A DNA stretch of 63,069 nt, counting the filler, from Sphacelaria rigidula (lineage: Eukaryota): the NCBI GenBank assembly GCA_964200075.2. It is 8 parts of 8 records of this genome, joined end to end, with 100 filler letters (N's around TTAATTAATTAA, not from the genome) between each part and the next. Parts side by side here need not be neighbours in the genome. Positions count along the whole stretch, not along the records: positions 47,380 to 55,174 come from CAXNAA020013437.1; positions 55,275 to 63,069 come from CAXNAA020013438.1; 6 more parts are not named here. One strand, 5' to 3'. A program made the translations under genes and the position numbers. The notes beneath the pieces were generated by a model. It was not told where the DNA came from. It saw only the letters and a program-made list of their open reading frames with translations, and ran no database searches. Below are positions 51,321 through 63,069 of this stretch, piece after piece; position 1 is the first letter of the stretch; the number at the start of each line of letters is the position of its first letter.

Positions 51321-52596
51321 AGCACAATATTTCTGCCACAGTACTCTCCGCAAAGCTACCTTCACGTGGAACCTTGTTTTTCGCCATTCCCCCCAGCTCA
51401 CCAGACCAAGCGGGAATCGAATCCTTGGTGCAAAAAACAACAACAGGGATGAAACATAATTTGCAAAAGTACTAATTTGCAGAGGTACGTGTTTTACGGT
51501 CACCAACGGAAAAACGCACACGTAGGTCACTGCACCAACACAACGCATGTCCCTTCCGTCGGCTAGTCGGACTCCGAGATTCCTCCAGGACGGACCACTT
51601 CGCAGCAAAACAAATACCTTCATTACTTTTCCCGCCAGGACAAAAGATCGAGTGTATACAGTGTTTTTCGAGGCAGAAACCAAAAGCAAAAATTGACAAG
51701 CCTATCGGTTACACAGCACCAAAAACCTCGGGACAATAAACAAGCATGAACTTCACGCGAATTCGCCGTCAGATACCGTCATCGCAACAGCGAACTACCG
51801 TGAACCTTGCCGCACCGATGACAATACCAAATATGGGTCACCACCTACTTCATAATCGTGGTGCATGTACTAGCATTGACAAGTGCACAATGCGAGACCG
51901 CAAGAATAACAGCACATGCACAAAAACGAGGAGGAGGGGAGGGCGAGGTGCTCTTGGACATCCGTAGGGAAAAGGCTGATGAAGAGCGCTATTTACCCAA
52001 TATACACGCTTGGGTGCATGAATACCCTGCGATCATGGAGCAGATGAAGTCAACACCACGCTGGAGGATCGACATTTTCCAGATGAGAGTGAAGGAGGCG
52101 ACACATTTCTTTCCCGATAAAGTTTGACTTGTTGAGTCAAGTTCGACTGGGTGTTGTTTTTGTAATTTTAATCACGAATATTTTGAAATACCCAACACAA
52201 CACAAACCTCATCCATACCCCCTTCCCCTGGTCGCTTCATGTAACCCTTTTCTCAAGTTTTACCATCTCCCCGCCTTCGCCGCGTCTTTTTACCAACTAG
52301 CTTCTTACTCGAAAGTCATCTGATCAAGTTTCGTCTCTTTATACGGAGTCGGGGTATCTGATGAACAAAACAAATACGACAGAAGCACCCATTATTCCCA
52401 ACGCTAAAAACAAACCCCGGAAATCTTGATAGAAGAATGAAAAAACTTTGCTCACGCTTATAGCGCGATTCGAATCGTCACCCTGCTCCCCAAGCAATGG
52501 TGCTCCACCTCGCCCTCGTCACCGTCTCCACTTGACGGCGTCGATGACGGTGAGGGGGGTTGCGACGCAATCACGTTAGGCGAGAGATCGGCGCAG

Positions 52597-55132
52597 CTAC
52601 TCGGGGGATTGCGGTACAATCACCACAGATGCGGGAGAAGGCGATCGCACTTCCGGGAATGCGAGCAAATGAGACTCAACCGCCGCGTGTTCGCGGGATT
52701 TTGTGGAAATCACAGGAGAGCGCTTTCGTTGCTGCTTTTCAACCTCTTGTAAATGTTGGCAATGCTCCTGTGATGCGCCTTCGCCACATGCTCCAGGCAG
52801 ACTGCCGGTCCACGGCGTTTGCGAAATGCCGCACGCACAACGGCTGGCATGGTCACCATAGCCGCCGTTGTCGTTGGCAGCAGCACCGGCCGCACCACAG
52901 TCGTCACCAACCGCCAAGTGTTCCAAATTCATCGCCTGGTAGCGATCGTCGGCCCGGGCAGGGTTACCACCCCCCTTTACGCATGCATCAGATGGAGCGG
53001 AGTTTGTAGAAGGTGAAACGCCCCCTTCCGCTGCCGTGGCCGCAGGCGCCGTCATAGGTTTGGTGGCCTGTACGCCAGCACTGGTAGCACCTACGGCGGA
53101 CTTCTCGGCGTTGAATTCCTTTTGCGGGGCGTTGGATTGCTTTTGCGAGGCGTTGGATTCCTTTTGCAGGGCGTCGGATTGCTTTTGCGGGGCGTCAAAT
53201 GATTTTTGCTGCGGGGGTAGCGTGATGTCGACGACGGGGGGATTGCAGATGCCGAGTAAACACGAGAAAGAGTCAGACATCGAGAGCCATGGACCGCCGC
53301 CGCCGCAGCTACCGCCACTGCTATCCGGTTCCCGTCCGTTCGAGCTCCTTGACAGTAATGATGGAGAGAAGCCGCAGAACATTCCCACCCAGTAGCTGCT
53401 TGCGTTGGAGGGGAGGGTAGGGTACAAGGGCATCGGAGTGCGGACTCGAAGCATTGTACATGTGAAATATGTTGCAGCTCAAGGTTCAACACATACGTAC
53501 GAAGCGTGCAAGAATATTGCAAATCATTTTTGAAAAACTCACGTGAAGAGTGAAGGTATCAGTTCGCCTGAAACTAATGTCGTCATGTGACATAACTCTA
53601 TTTCTTCGAACCAAAATCCTTTTTTATCACTGTGTGTGCGCATCATGGATTCAAAACACCAAAACAAGTAACTGAACCTGCGAGTAACCAACCGTATACC
53701 AACCTGAACTACCTTACACGAGTTGGAGTGACTGCAGTCCCCGGCATACACTCTTTTGATCATTGACGTGTATATTTCAATCTTTGTGTGACATCAGTCG
53801 CCATGAACCATTGACGATCAACCATAGCGCAGGTCTACCTGTCGTGAGAATGATTTTCGGCTTTCAACGGTGTAAAGGGACGGTGTCTCATTGCTCAAGA
53901 CACACGGACGCGCCACACATCACACGTGCACATTCATAGTGTTCACAAAGCAACCTGGTATCACTACTACTCCGTCCTCACCCGACAAACAAACTGTGTG
54001 AGTGTGTCACCTCCTTTCACGGCACCGAAGATGTTTCCCGACCGATGAGAGCAGTGCTGCCGCAGAAAAATGAAGACGACCGCATCATTCGTTGCTCATC
54101 TGGCGAGGATCGACGTCAACAACGGCTTTCCCCAGCAACGAAGGCAAGTACCCCTGCTTTGGTGCGTACTAAACTAACGTTGCGGCCTCGCTGGCAAAAC
54201 ATAGGTAATAGACCTTCCCCTGCTCTCAAGCATATCGCCACCAGAGTCGAACAAATATGTGTAGCCACTTTGCTGTAAAACATACAAACACGTAGACAAA
54301 CTGGTCTTGCTATTTTGCCAAAAACACGACAGCATGAAAGCCGGTTCTGCAGAAACTCAAGTCTGGCTGGTGCAGTAATACAAGAGGGGCCCTACGATAG
54401 GTGGGAAGGACGGAGGGGTCATGATCCGCTTCCCGAAAATAGGAGTGATTTCAAGGTGCCGCTGCAAGCAGCAAGCGTCATTCAAACGCCCTTTGAACCA
54501 ATCAAAACACACGCACTCACATCGCTCGACAACGTTGTCGGCCATGTACAAGCGCACAGCGGGCGTGTGAGGTTGTGTAAACTATTAGTGAAGTCCTTTT
54601 TTTCGTGCAATCGTGGTGTAATCAACCTCCCGGTTTTCCCGTGTCACCGAATCACTTGCAAGCTCCACATGTATATATAGGAACATACACTCCGTGTGTG
54701 AGCTGCCAGCAAGCTATTTTAGAGCACGTAAGTACTTCCTGTACTTGCAGCGTGTTCTCGTGGTATGACTTGGGCTTACCCTTCTGCAACAGAGGAGTAG
54801 TCGTCGGAGTACGTGGCGTCGAGATGCAGCGATCCCAATTCGTGCTCGTTCGTGGACGATGACGCCCCCGAAGGTCGGAGTGGTAACCACATGCTAACTC
54901 TGTTGATTGCGTTCCATTCACGGTTGCACAAACGCGTGGAACAACAAAGACAGCAAAAACAAATGCGGCACGCGATAAAGCAGTATGCAAGCGGACCGTG
55001 GAGGAATATTGATGATGCGTTACCTCTACTGGACATAATACAAATTGTGAAGGTCAGAGTCAGTTACGGGCGGTACAGAAGGATCGGTCCTTCGGTATTC
55101 GAGACTTACCCGTATGCCGTTACAGAATCGTC
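52597..55132 (-). CDS. 3' part of a host gene, probably a C2-domain protein with a long low-complexity tail (exons 55110-55132, 54780-54899, 52597-53395)
   Basis: CAG|..|GTAAGT and CAG|..|GTAAGC splice sites, both introns phase 2. The joined peptide DDSVTAYGVSMWLPLRPSG..ELGSLHLDATY resembles the C2 terminal strands (WxPL...GxLHL...Y). The 799-nt last exon is open to the stop. Confidence 0.7.
53107..53215 (-). repeat. Coding tandem repeat, ~5 x 21 bp (7-aa unit, PQKQSNA-like)
   Basis: QQKSFDA PQKQSDA LQKESNA SQKQSNA PQKEFNA. Confidence 0.9.
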
Positions 55133-55174
55133 CTGACGCAGGGGGGGGGGGGGGGGGTTTCAAAATTCTTTTTT

Positions 55175-55274
55175 NNNNNNNNNNNNNNNNNNNNNNNNNN
55201 NNNNNNNNNNNNNNNNNNTTAATTAATTAANNNNNNNNNNNNNNNNNNNNNNNNNNNNNNNNNNNNNNNNNNNN
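55175..55274. other. Artificial contig linker
   Basis: N44-TTAATTAATTAA-N44. Confidence 0.98.
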
Positions 55275-55289
55275 CTTCCACACTTTCTT

Positions 55290-55606
55290 GACTTCTTTAT
55301 CCCACCTTACTCCAGCCTGCCCTATCGTACTTTTCTTCCATACAGCCCTATCAACTATAGCTGGCAATCTCTGCATGTTGTTTACGCTATATTACTATCG
55401 TTATTTCCTCATGTCTCTGTTTTTGGTGAATACATTCCCAACTCTGCTCTCAAAACTGTATTGCTCGTCGTGTTCGAGCATCCAAGTATTTTCTTAGCTG
55501 TCGCCATCTGTACTGTTTCTCACTTCTTCACCAATTTCACGTTCCCCACCCATGCTTCTCCTGCGTATTCCAGCTTTGGTACGATCACGTTCAATGGGAT
55601 ACATCT
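55290..55606 (-). mobile_element. Non-LTR retrotransposon (LINE) fragment, post-RT C-terminal region
   Basis: NVIVPKLEYAGEAW..K*ETVQMATAKKILGCSNTTSNTVLRAELG matches the typical LINE RT thumb (PxLxYxxxxW...Q....ILG....N..LRxELG). Confidence 0.8.
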
Positions 55607-58443
55607 CGAAATGGGGGGGGGAGGGTACAAGAGCGATATCGTTAGCTATGCTAATCGGGGCCAAAACATATAGGAATTACCCCGAAAAAGTGTGTAGGAT
55701 CTTTCTGATGGAAAATCGCGCAAGCCAATACTATGCAAACTAGTGGTGAGCCACGGCTGACGCATGTGGCAGCAGTGCCGCAGGTATCCACGCGGCCGGT
55801 CTTGGGTGCGTGGAGATTTTGAACAACATGACGAAAAATTGACCAATGACTCTGGCATTAACCATCGCTTATCAATAAAAGGAGATGAGGACTTCCAATC
55901 CCACGGCTAACCGTAACCACTACGAAAGAAGAAATGAAGCCTCACTGTTAAAGATGCTAACGGTGGGAGGGGTGTTGGCCCCCGAAATGTGTCCGGGCTG
56001 TTCGATGACATTTTACCAATCATGGACCACTTGTTCGTTTCCTTAGATGCACTTGATTTTTTTTTCTTTCTTTCCTTGACGGACGGAAGAAACCCAACCG
56101 AACACTTACCCCGCAAGCGAGTTTCGCACGCGATTTCGCGTGCTGATTACCCGGAGACTCGTCTACACCACCTCGCGGAAACTTGATTGTAGTGTATATC
56201 CTTGTCATGCGGAAATCACCGCTTTTCAAGTGCTTCTCAAGTTCCCCGTGATAACCTATATAGAAAAGACATGAGTTTTTTTTCTTATTCTATCGCGGTA
56301 TGTTCCCTGAAAAAGAAGGTTACAGCTCATTGCATTCCAATTCGAGGCACAGCGCAAAAAGAGCGCTCGAATCGTACACGTCGCCGAGGAGAATTGGGGT
56401 GTCAACGTCGGTCCCTCAAAGGAGTCTCCCGACCAACCCTCCGTCCTCAACAAAATCTACCCACCCCAGCGATAAGGTACTGCGGCAAGAAGACTGCGAG
56501 AGGAGAGTTGAAGCATTCCCGCGGCAGAGCGAACATGGAGTCAGTGCAGTATTGTACAGTAGTAGCACCACGACAGACATTATGTACAGTATAGTAGCGG
56601 ACACACCGTCGCTGTTGTGGCTTATGCCCGCCTTTCACGACACTTTCGTTACAGAATTGTTGCAATCCACCAGCCCCTCCCTGCCTGCTGCTTCATCGAC
56701 AAGGCAAAACTACAGCACAAGGGTATCTACTGCATACAACGCAAAGTTAATCAGCTTGCTGGCATCCCTACCGAGATCACCTAGTCGAAAGTGCTGGGGT
56801 GAGTAGATTTTGTATGACGAACACGTGAGTCTGACCATACGTACCGGCAACCTGTTCCACACAGACAGGCGAGCCGATCTGTGAGTCTATCTGCATTGTA
56901 TCGCAGCGGCATAATTTTGATTTGAGAGTAGAACGTGATCCCGATTTTGATTTTTTTTGGTGACCGCGGTGAAGGCGGCAATACGGCACTGGCCAGCCGC
57001 GCGTGTTTTTGCCATTATCCCAGGCTGCGCATGGGTTTCGTAGGTGCACCCGGATGCACATACATTTTTCGGCTTTTCGAGAGTATGACACATTCAGCGA
57101 CCATTTTCACATAACGAACCATTTGCATGTGATCAGACATGAACATACAGCATACGTGCATACGTTTACACACACCTACACACGCACATATAATCAACGC
57201 ATACAAAGGCAGGAGATACATATACACGTACAAACATTTGTCTATGTGGCTGTTGCTTTGTTTTTTCTCTATTTACCATCGCGCACGTCTTCCCACACGC
57301 GGGATCGTCAGGTCTGTGCAGTACAGTGAGGAACGATGTCGCAACGGAATGAGGGGTAGCACTGGAGGGTACCACAGTACGTGTGCGTAGGCGCGTTGTC
57401 GGCATTAGTGAAAATCTCGTCAAGTCCAAGCCGCGCAAGCGCGATAGCGCCTCACACCCGAAAATAACGCGCTCTGCGCGTTTAACTAAGAGCGCTCAGT
57501 TGAAATCAATGCACAGGTTACGTTATGGTGGCCACATACACAGCACTGGCAAAACACTTTCTGGAGTCTCGGCATACATACTCAGCGATATGAATCCCTG
57601 GTGTTTGGTGAACACCATCCTTGGACGAAAGAAAACTGGGTCGTTCGGGGATGCGCGGGGATGCGCTACGTGAGGCAAGCGGTCTAAGGTGCGAGGCAAT
57701 CGATGGGGAGCCAGCATGTGACCCAGGCGTTGACATTTTACTGTTCATATTGAGCGGCTTATATCCAGAAGTGTACTTTGCTGGAGCGACACATACCCAT
57801 GGGCTCGGGTGTGTAAGAACTGTTGTCCTATACTGCACTTCAGTGCAACTTAGTGATTGACGTGTTGCTGTCGTTGGTGAAACGCTTTGTGAAGGGAGCA
57901 CGTATGTACTCGTTGCTGTAACGTGGACTGAAGGGGCCATTTGTTCTCGGTCGTGGTTTTTCAGGCACATGCCTGATGGATTCAGACATGCCTGACCGAC
58001 ACACTCGTGGTTTTTTTATCCATTGGTCTGATGCCTGATTCTTGTATCCAAATATCCGAAGCGGTGAAATGCTCCCGCGAGCCGCATATCCCTCTCAAAC
58101 GTTCTTCCGCTGAGGGGTATATGTGCAGAGATTTCAAGATTCGTTAAGTGTAGCTGTGCTTGAAAACGAAAGGCGGTGCCCGGTATTGTGCAATCCAACG
58201 TTACGATATTCCGTTCTGTGTCTATATACCGTGCTCCCGCGAGCCACAGATCTTTCTCAGTAGTTGATCCCCTGAGGGGTATATGTGCAGAATTCCGGTA
58301 AACGGCCCGATCTGTCCGTTCGGATATTTCTCAGCCGCAACTTGGCATAGCAGCACTGTTACTATTCTATGGTTTTAGGACTTGCAACAGTGATCATGAA
58401 CACTCTGCACAACTGTAACTAACGGGTACACGAAGTATGACGG

Positions 58444-59075
58444 TTGTTTGCACGGCAAGGGATTGCCATCCACCCTAGGGAAAGGGGGGTTTGTTCTTCC
58501 TGCTGTTCCCCTTGCTGCCCTTCTCCCCTAAAGAGATTCGTGGGCGTGGGTGTTGTACCTTGTTGGGCTTCACGAAAGATCATCTTTCTTGCTCAGGTCA
58601 TGAATAGTCTGCGGTCTCGCAATCGTGTGCGTATGCAGTGTCGCGATGTGTTTGTTTTGCAAGACCTGAAACATGCGTGTCTGCATGCAACAGTAAACAT
58701 GAAAAAACCACTCCGCGTACAACAGTTCGCAGATCAGGGTTGTTCGCATGGCACGGGCTTGCCTTTCTCCCAAGGGTAAGGGGGGCTTGTTCTTTCTGCT
58801 GTTCTCCTTGTTGCCCCCCTCCCCTGTTGGGCTCCACAACATACCGTGTATCTTTCGCAGGTCATGAGTAGTCTGCGGTCTCGCATATGCAGTGTAGCAA
58901 TGCGTTTCTTTTGGAAGTCCTGAAACATGAAGACCTTGCGTACAACAGTAACGAAGGGGTCTTTTTTTTCGCATGACATGGGTTTATTTTTTCTGCTGTC
59001 CCCCATCGTTGCCCCCCTCCCCAAAAGAGAATCCCCCCAAAGCGTCGTAGGCGTGGGTGTTTACCCGTGTGGCGA
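58444..59075. repeat. Diverged tandem repeat, ~2.5 units of ~230-290 bp
   Basis: Recurring CTGCTGTTC(C/T)CCTTG..CCCC, CAGGTCATGA(A/G)TAGTCTGCGGTCTCGCA and GCGTACAACAGT. Confidence 0.8.
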
Positions 59076-60475
59076 TGAGAAGGTGGTGCTATATATTTTG
59101 GTAGGTGGTGCTACATATTTTGGTATGTGAAATGATGTGAAAGGAAGAGCACGGCCAGGAGGAGGGCGTCGAACACAGGAACGTCGAGTGTAAACTGTTG
59201 TTCCGAAAATGATCATTGATGATTTGGATAAAGTATGGAAACAGAGCGAACACGAATGTACTGATTAGTGTACGCAGCGGCGAGACAGTTACGCCAATAA
59301 CATATTTTGATGATGATGATGATCCTTCCGGTCGGTCGGAAAAGAAGCGCAGAATGCCTTCTGCACCCATGACACTCACGTCTCCCTCCTCCATTGAGTC
59401 GCCCGTACGATCTGTTCATCCATTTTCACGTTCAAACTGTCACACTGCAATACAGATGACCCCCCCTGGGGGGGGCTGTCTGTATAGGTCGAGACAACGC
59501 ATTCTAAAACGCACAGTAAGTACAGCACTACAATGCCTTATATTACATTGCGGTGGTGCCTTCTCTCGCCTCCCCGTAACGTTCGTTGCGTTCGTTGCGT
59601 TCGTCTATGGGTATCACCAAGGATCAGATAACACCAAACCCTTCGACCGCATCACCTCCTCCTGCCTCCAGTTGTAAAATTAAATCCTCGAACTGCCACG
59701 GGGGGCATTTATTTTTGAAGTAAATGTCACGCCCATGAAACACAAATGACCCATGCTGAGGGTGGCCGTCATTGGTGTAGATAAACAGAGACGAACTACA
59801 CCGTACAGCACAGTATAATGCAGTACAGTACAGCGCAGTACAGTACAGTGTTATCTCCTCTGTGCCCCCCGCTGCATTCCTCCCTTCCTCTATGGGTATC
59901 GCCAAGCATCGGATTACTCCTTTGGAGAGCGTCACCCCTTCCTCCCGCCCGCTCTAAAATTGAGGATGGTGTCTTGCGTTCAATCTTAACGTCAAAATTT
60001 GTGGAGACGGCCACCTTTTCCTACAAGCGGCTCTATAATTGAAATCTTCGACCTCCGATTGGTGTACCTGGGTTTTGATTCCATTTTTGAAGTAAGACTA
60101 TGCCGATGTAACGCATGACCGATCCTGGGGTGAGTGACGCTTGTCCGTGTATTCCCGACGTACAAGCTCAAGTCGCAGTGGATGGAAGCTGTAGAGGCGG
60201 TACGGTGAACATGGCGGTACCAATATAGTCAACATAAAAGACGAAGAGAAGAGCATAATTCAGTCACCATGATGTTGTCTGTTTCACTACACGCCATGTC
60301 CTTCACCCTTGGTTCTCTGTGCGGCTGTGTACACAAGCGGCAGCGCTTTTTCCACATAAAATGTCGGAGTGCATCACACTCGGAATTGCGCACGCACCGA
60401 ACCAAGGTTACTCCGATTCAGACCTCCCCTCCGGGGTTTCCCCCCGAGCCCCTTCTGTCTGTGATTGGTCTTCAC

Positions 60476-62978
60476 TTGCATTCATCGGGAACGGTGCGTT
60501 GCTGCGGACACTCCATCGAGGGATAGTTTTTGCTCGCGCGGTTCTCCATGGCTACGTGCACGATTCGAGTGCTGATTGTTGCGCCCGGTGCTTCAAACCC
60601 CAATGCACCATATGACACTGGACACTGGCAATTTGAAGCAGGGGCATACACGTTACACGTTCACGTTACAGTCATCACGGTTGCAAAATTTAACGTTCAC
60701 GTTACGTTTCGTTTGGCACGTTGAAAACATTTAACGTTACGTTAACGTTTCATTTGAAAATTTAACGTCACGTTCACGTTACGTTCATCACGTTAAAACA
60801 ACTTGACGTTACGTTTCGTTACATGTAACGTAATATGAAACGTTTCATGGAACGTGTAACGTTCACTATAACGTTTCGTTGACAGGTGTAATGTTCGTAT
60901 GTAACGCTTCATTCAGTGCATATCGCGGCTCATTTTCCAGTGTTGAAGACGTTGTAACGTGTCGTGTACCGCGTGACGTTCCCGTGTACCTGACGCTGAC
61001 GGTGGTCGTACGTTTGAGCGTAGGCGCATTGTCTGATTGTGTACCGTTACTTTCTCTACAGTGTACGACGTATTGTTCATTCGTTTTCGACCGTAATGTT
61101 TTCATATATCCTCTTTGCTTTCCATCTTCTTGTCTTCGATTTTCGATTTCCAACTGCTTGGTCATTTGCACGACAGCACATACTGTACACACAACAGATC
61201 GTGAACATAATTGAACGCAGGCTTGAGTCGCCCCGGTATTTCGCAGACAAAACTATATCGGGTACCTTTTGTTCCATATATGTATACATGTATACATGAA
61301 CAAATAAGATACTCGTGCTTCATCACAGCCGTCAAAGGCAGGCTTTCGTATGTTTGTATGTTTGTATGTATGTATGTATGTATGTATGTATGTATGTATG
61401 TATGTATGTATGTATGTATGACAGGGTAACACCGCGGTCTAGGCAATCAATGCCATCTAGCGGGAAAATTATACCCCCCCATGTGGGGGGTGATGAAAAT
61501 CCACCCACACTTTTTATTATGACCGATCTTGCGTCGTTTTTTTTTAGTTCGGCAGCCCACTTTTTTCAATCTGAGACGGTTACGGGTGTTTGCAAACAAA
61601 GTAGAGCCTGCATGTGTACCGTAGTGCAGGCAAAAGTCATATCCTCTACATCTGCATGCACTACCATGTACGTGCATGTGCACGTAGCCTTGAACCTTAC
61701 AGTCAAGACGGTGTAGAACTGAAGACATCGCTGACATGACCGCTGCCGAATGCGAGCCTGCCTCCCGTTGTCGAACAAATGATTGGCTACCTTGTACTAT
61801 AATACTGCGTGTGCAAAGTACAGGGGGTTTGCATCCTTGTACTACTACTGTCTGTTGTATTTGCAAAGTACAGCAGCCACCTCGTACTGCGTTCGCGTCT
61901 ACAGCCCGCATTTGTAACCTTGCACTGCCATGCTGTGTTCGCGAGTACAGATGTGTTCGCGAGTACGTCCTGTACTTGGAACCTTGCACTTAGTGTGCTT
62001 GCAGAGTACAGGCTGTACTTGCAACCTTGCACTACTGTACTGTACTGTACTTGCAGAGTACAGCCTGTAGTCGGTAATACAGTATAATAGTACAAGGTTG
62101 AAGATACAGCCTGCACTTGTACTGTGTTTGCAAAGTACAGCCTGTACTTAAAACCTCACACTGTTAGCAAATTCTACTTGTACCGTTGGATAGTAGTTAC
62201 TTCGTCTTCTACGATTTCAACGTTCATTGCAAACTTGAAGTGTGCACCGCTCTATGTAACGTGTTCATGTCGTTTCATGTGACGTGTAACGTGTAACGCA
62301 CGTGTAACGTGTACTAGACGTTACATGTTCCATGAAACGTTTCATATTGAGTGTTTTGAACGTTCGGGCAATTCAACGTTCACATTACGTTTCGTTTGGC
62401 ACGACAAAAGAAACTAACGTTACCTTAACGTTATATTTGAAAATTTAACGTTACGTTCACGTTACGCTCATCACGTAAAAAAAAAATAACGTCGTAACGT
62501 GAACGTGACGTGTAACGTCGTGGCACGTGTAAGGTGTGTATCCCTGATTTCAAGAAACGTCCCGCGGTCGGATCAGTAAGCTGGATTATTATTTTTTAGG
62601 TAAAGAGTGTACGCATTCAACGCACCAGGACAAGGCCGCTGCTACAGGGTGGGCATGGATAGTGAACAAGAGTATTTAGGGTGTACACAGGGAGGGCGTC
62701 GCCTGAACGCACGACCTACCCGTGAAGAGGTTGGACTCTAAAAATAAGTGTATCTGGGTGGAGTATCCCAGGAAAAAAGAGGAAAAATAGATTACTTGTC
62801 TCTGATCGGTATGGTGTCCTTGAACAGCTTGTTTGTTGACTTTGTGCGCCCCGATGAGCATAGCTAACAGTACCGCACGAAGATTTAAAAAGTGAGCAGT
62901 AAACCGTACACATGGAGGGGGAAACATCTTGCAGTTCACCGGCGTAGTCGTGGCTCCCTACTACTTCAAGTAAAAATT
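60476..62978 (-). CDS. Candidate small exons of an unidentified host gene (62940-62978, 62720-62753, 60476-60571); the hAT element would be intronic
   Basis: AG/GT sites with chained phases give [49 protein letters not shown]. Confidence 0.35.
61348..61420. repeat. (GTAT)n microsatellite inside the hAT element
   Basis: Read directly from the sequence. Confidence 0.95.
61790..62185. repeat. GTAC/TGCA-rich degenerate minisatellite (TGCAAAGTACAGCCTGTAC-like)
   Basis: Repeated TTGCA(A/G)AGTACAG and CTGTACTTG motifs. Confidence 0.7.
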
Positions 62979-63069
62979 CTAGACACAAAGCGCAAATGCC
63001 TCGCCCACGCAGTATCATTGCATGGTTATTTTTGAGCAGAGTCATCCTACCATAGGGGGGGGGGGTATT

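Larger units (their letters stand above)
60639..62546. mobile_element. Non-autonomous hAT-type DNA transposon, 1908 bp
   Basis: CAGGG termini (CAGGGGCATACACGTTACACGT vs ACGTGTAAGGTGTGTATCCCTG); 8-bp TSD ATTTGAAG / ATTTCAAG; ACGT-motif-rich subterminal regions; no transposase ORF. Confidence 0.85.

Noticed and set aside
53107..53215. 21-bp repeats as a CRISPR or regulatory array
   Set aside because: The units are contiguous and in frame within a coding exon, with no spacers
56655..57669. Plus-strand exons (56655-56798, ~57324-57381, ~57517-57669)
   Set aside because: Splice sites are plausible, but the phases do not chain unambiguously and competing minus-strand frames are also open
60650..62530. 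CRISPR-like array in the ACGT-rich or GTAC-rich repeats
   Set aside because: No constant-length repeat with unique spacers and no cas genes; the context is eukaryotic TE sequence with TIRs and a TSD

Overview
This is eukaryotic, repeat-rich DNA, most likely from a brown alga (stramenopile). That assignment is an inference from the TE families, TTAGGG-type motifs and intron-rich genes with short exons. The window is not one locus. It consists of eight contigs of 7797, 7797, 7797, 7796, 7796, 7796, 7795 and 7795 bp, apparently sorted by length and joined by identical 100-bp N44-TTAATTAATTAA-N44 linkers, so nothing can be inferred across the gaps. It contains four degenerate Ty1/copia elements, three or four degenerate Ty3/gypsy-like elements, a LINE fragment and tRNA-derived SINE-like heads. 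There are several MITE families, including a 248-bp family with 4-bp TSDs, a TA-target family and TIR elements carrying CCCTAA motifs. Other repeats are a 1.9-kb non-autonomous hAT element with an 8-bp TSD, a ~1.1-kb foldback and microsatellites. Partial multi-exon host genes, all on the minus strand and invisible to the ORF track, can be reconstructed from splice sites; one appears to encode the end of a C2 domain. I found no CRISPR array, rRNA, intact tRNA, viral core gene or prokaryote-like system. The most unusual items are a retroelement gag with a CCCH (not CCHC) finger followed by an in-frame UGA plus stem-loop before the protease, the 4-bp-TSD MITE family, and a gypsy derivative whose deletions keep the reading frame.
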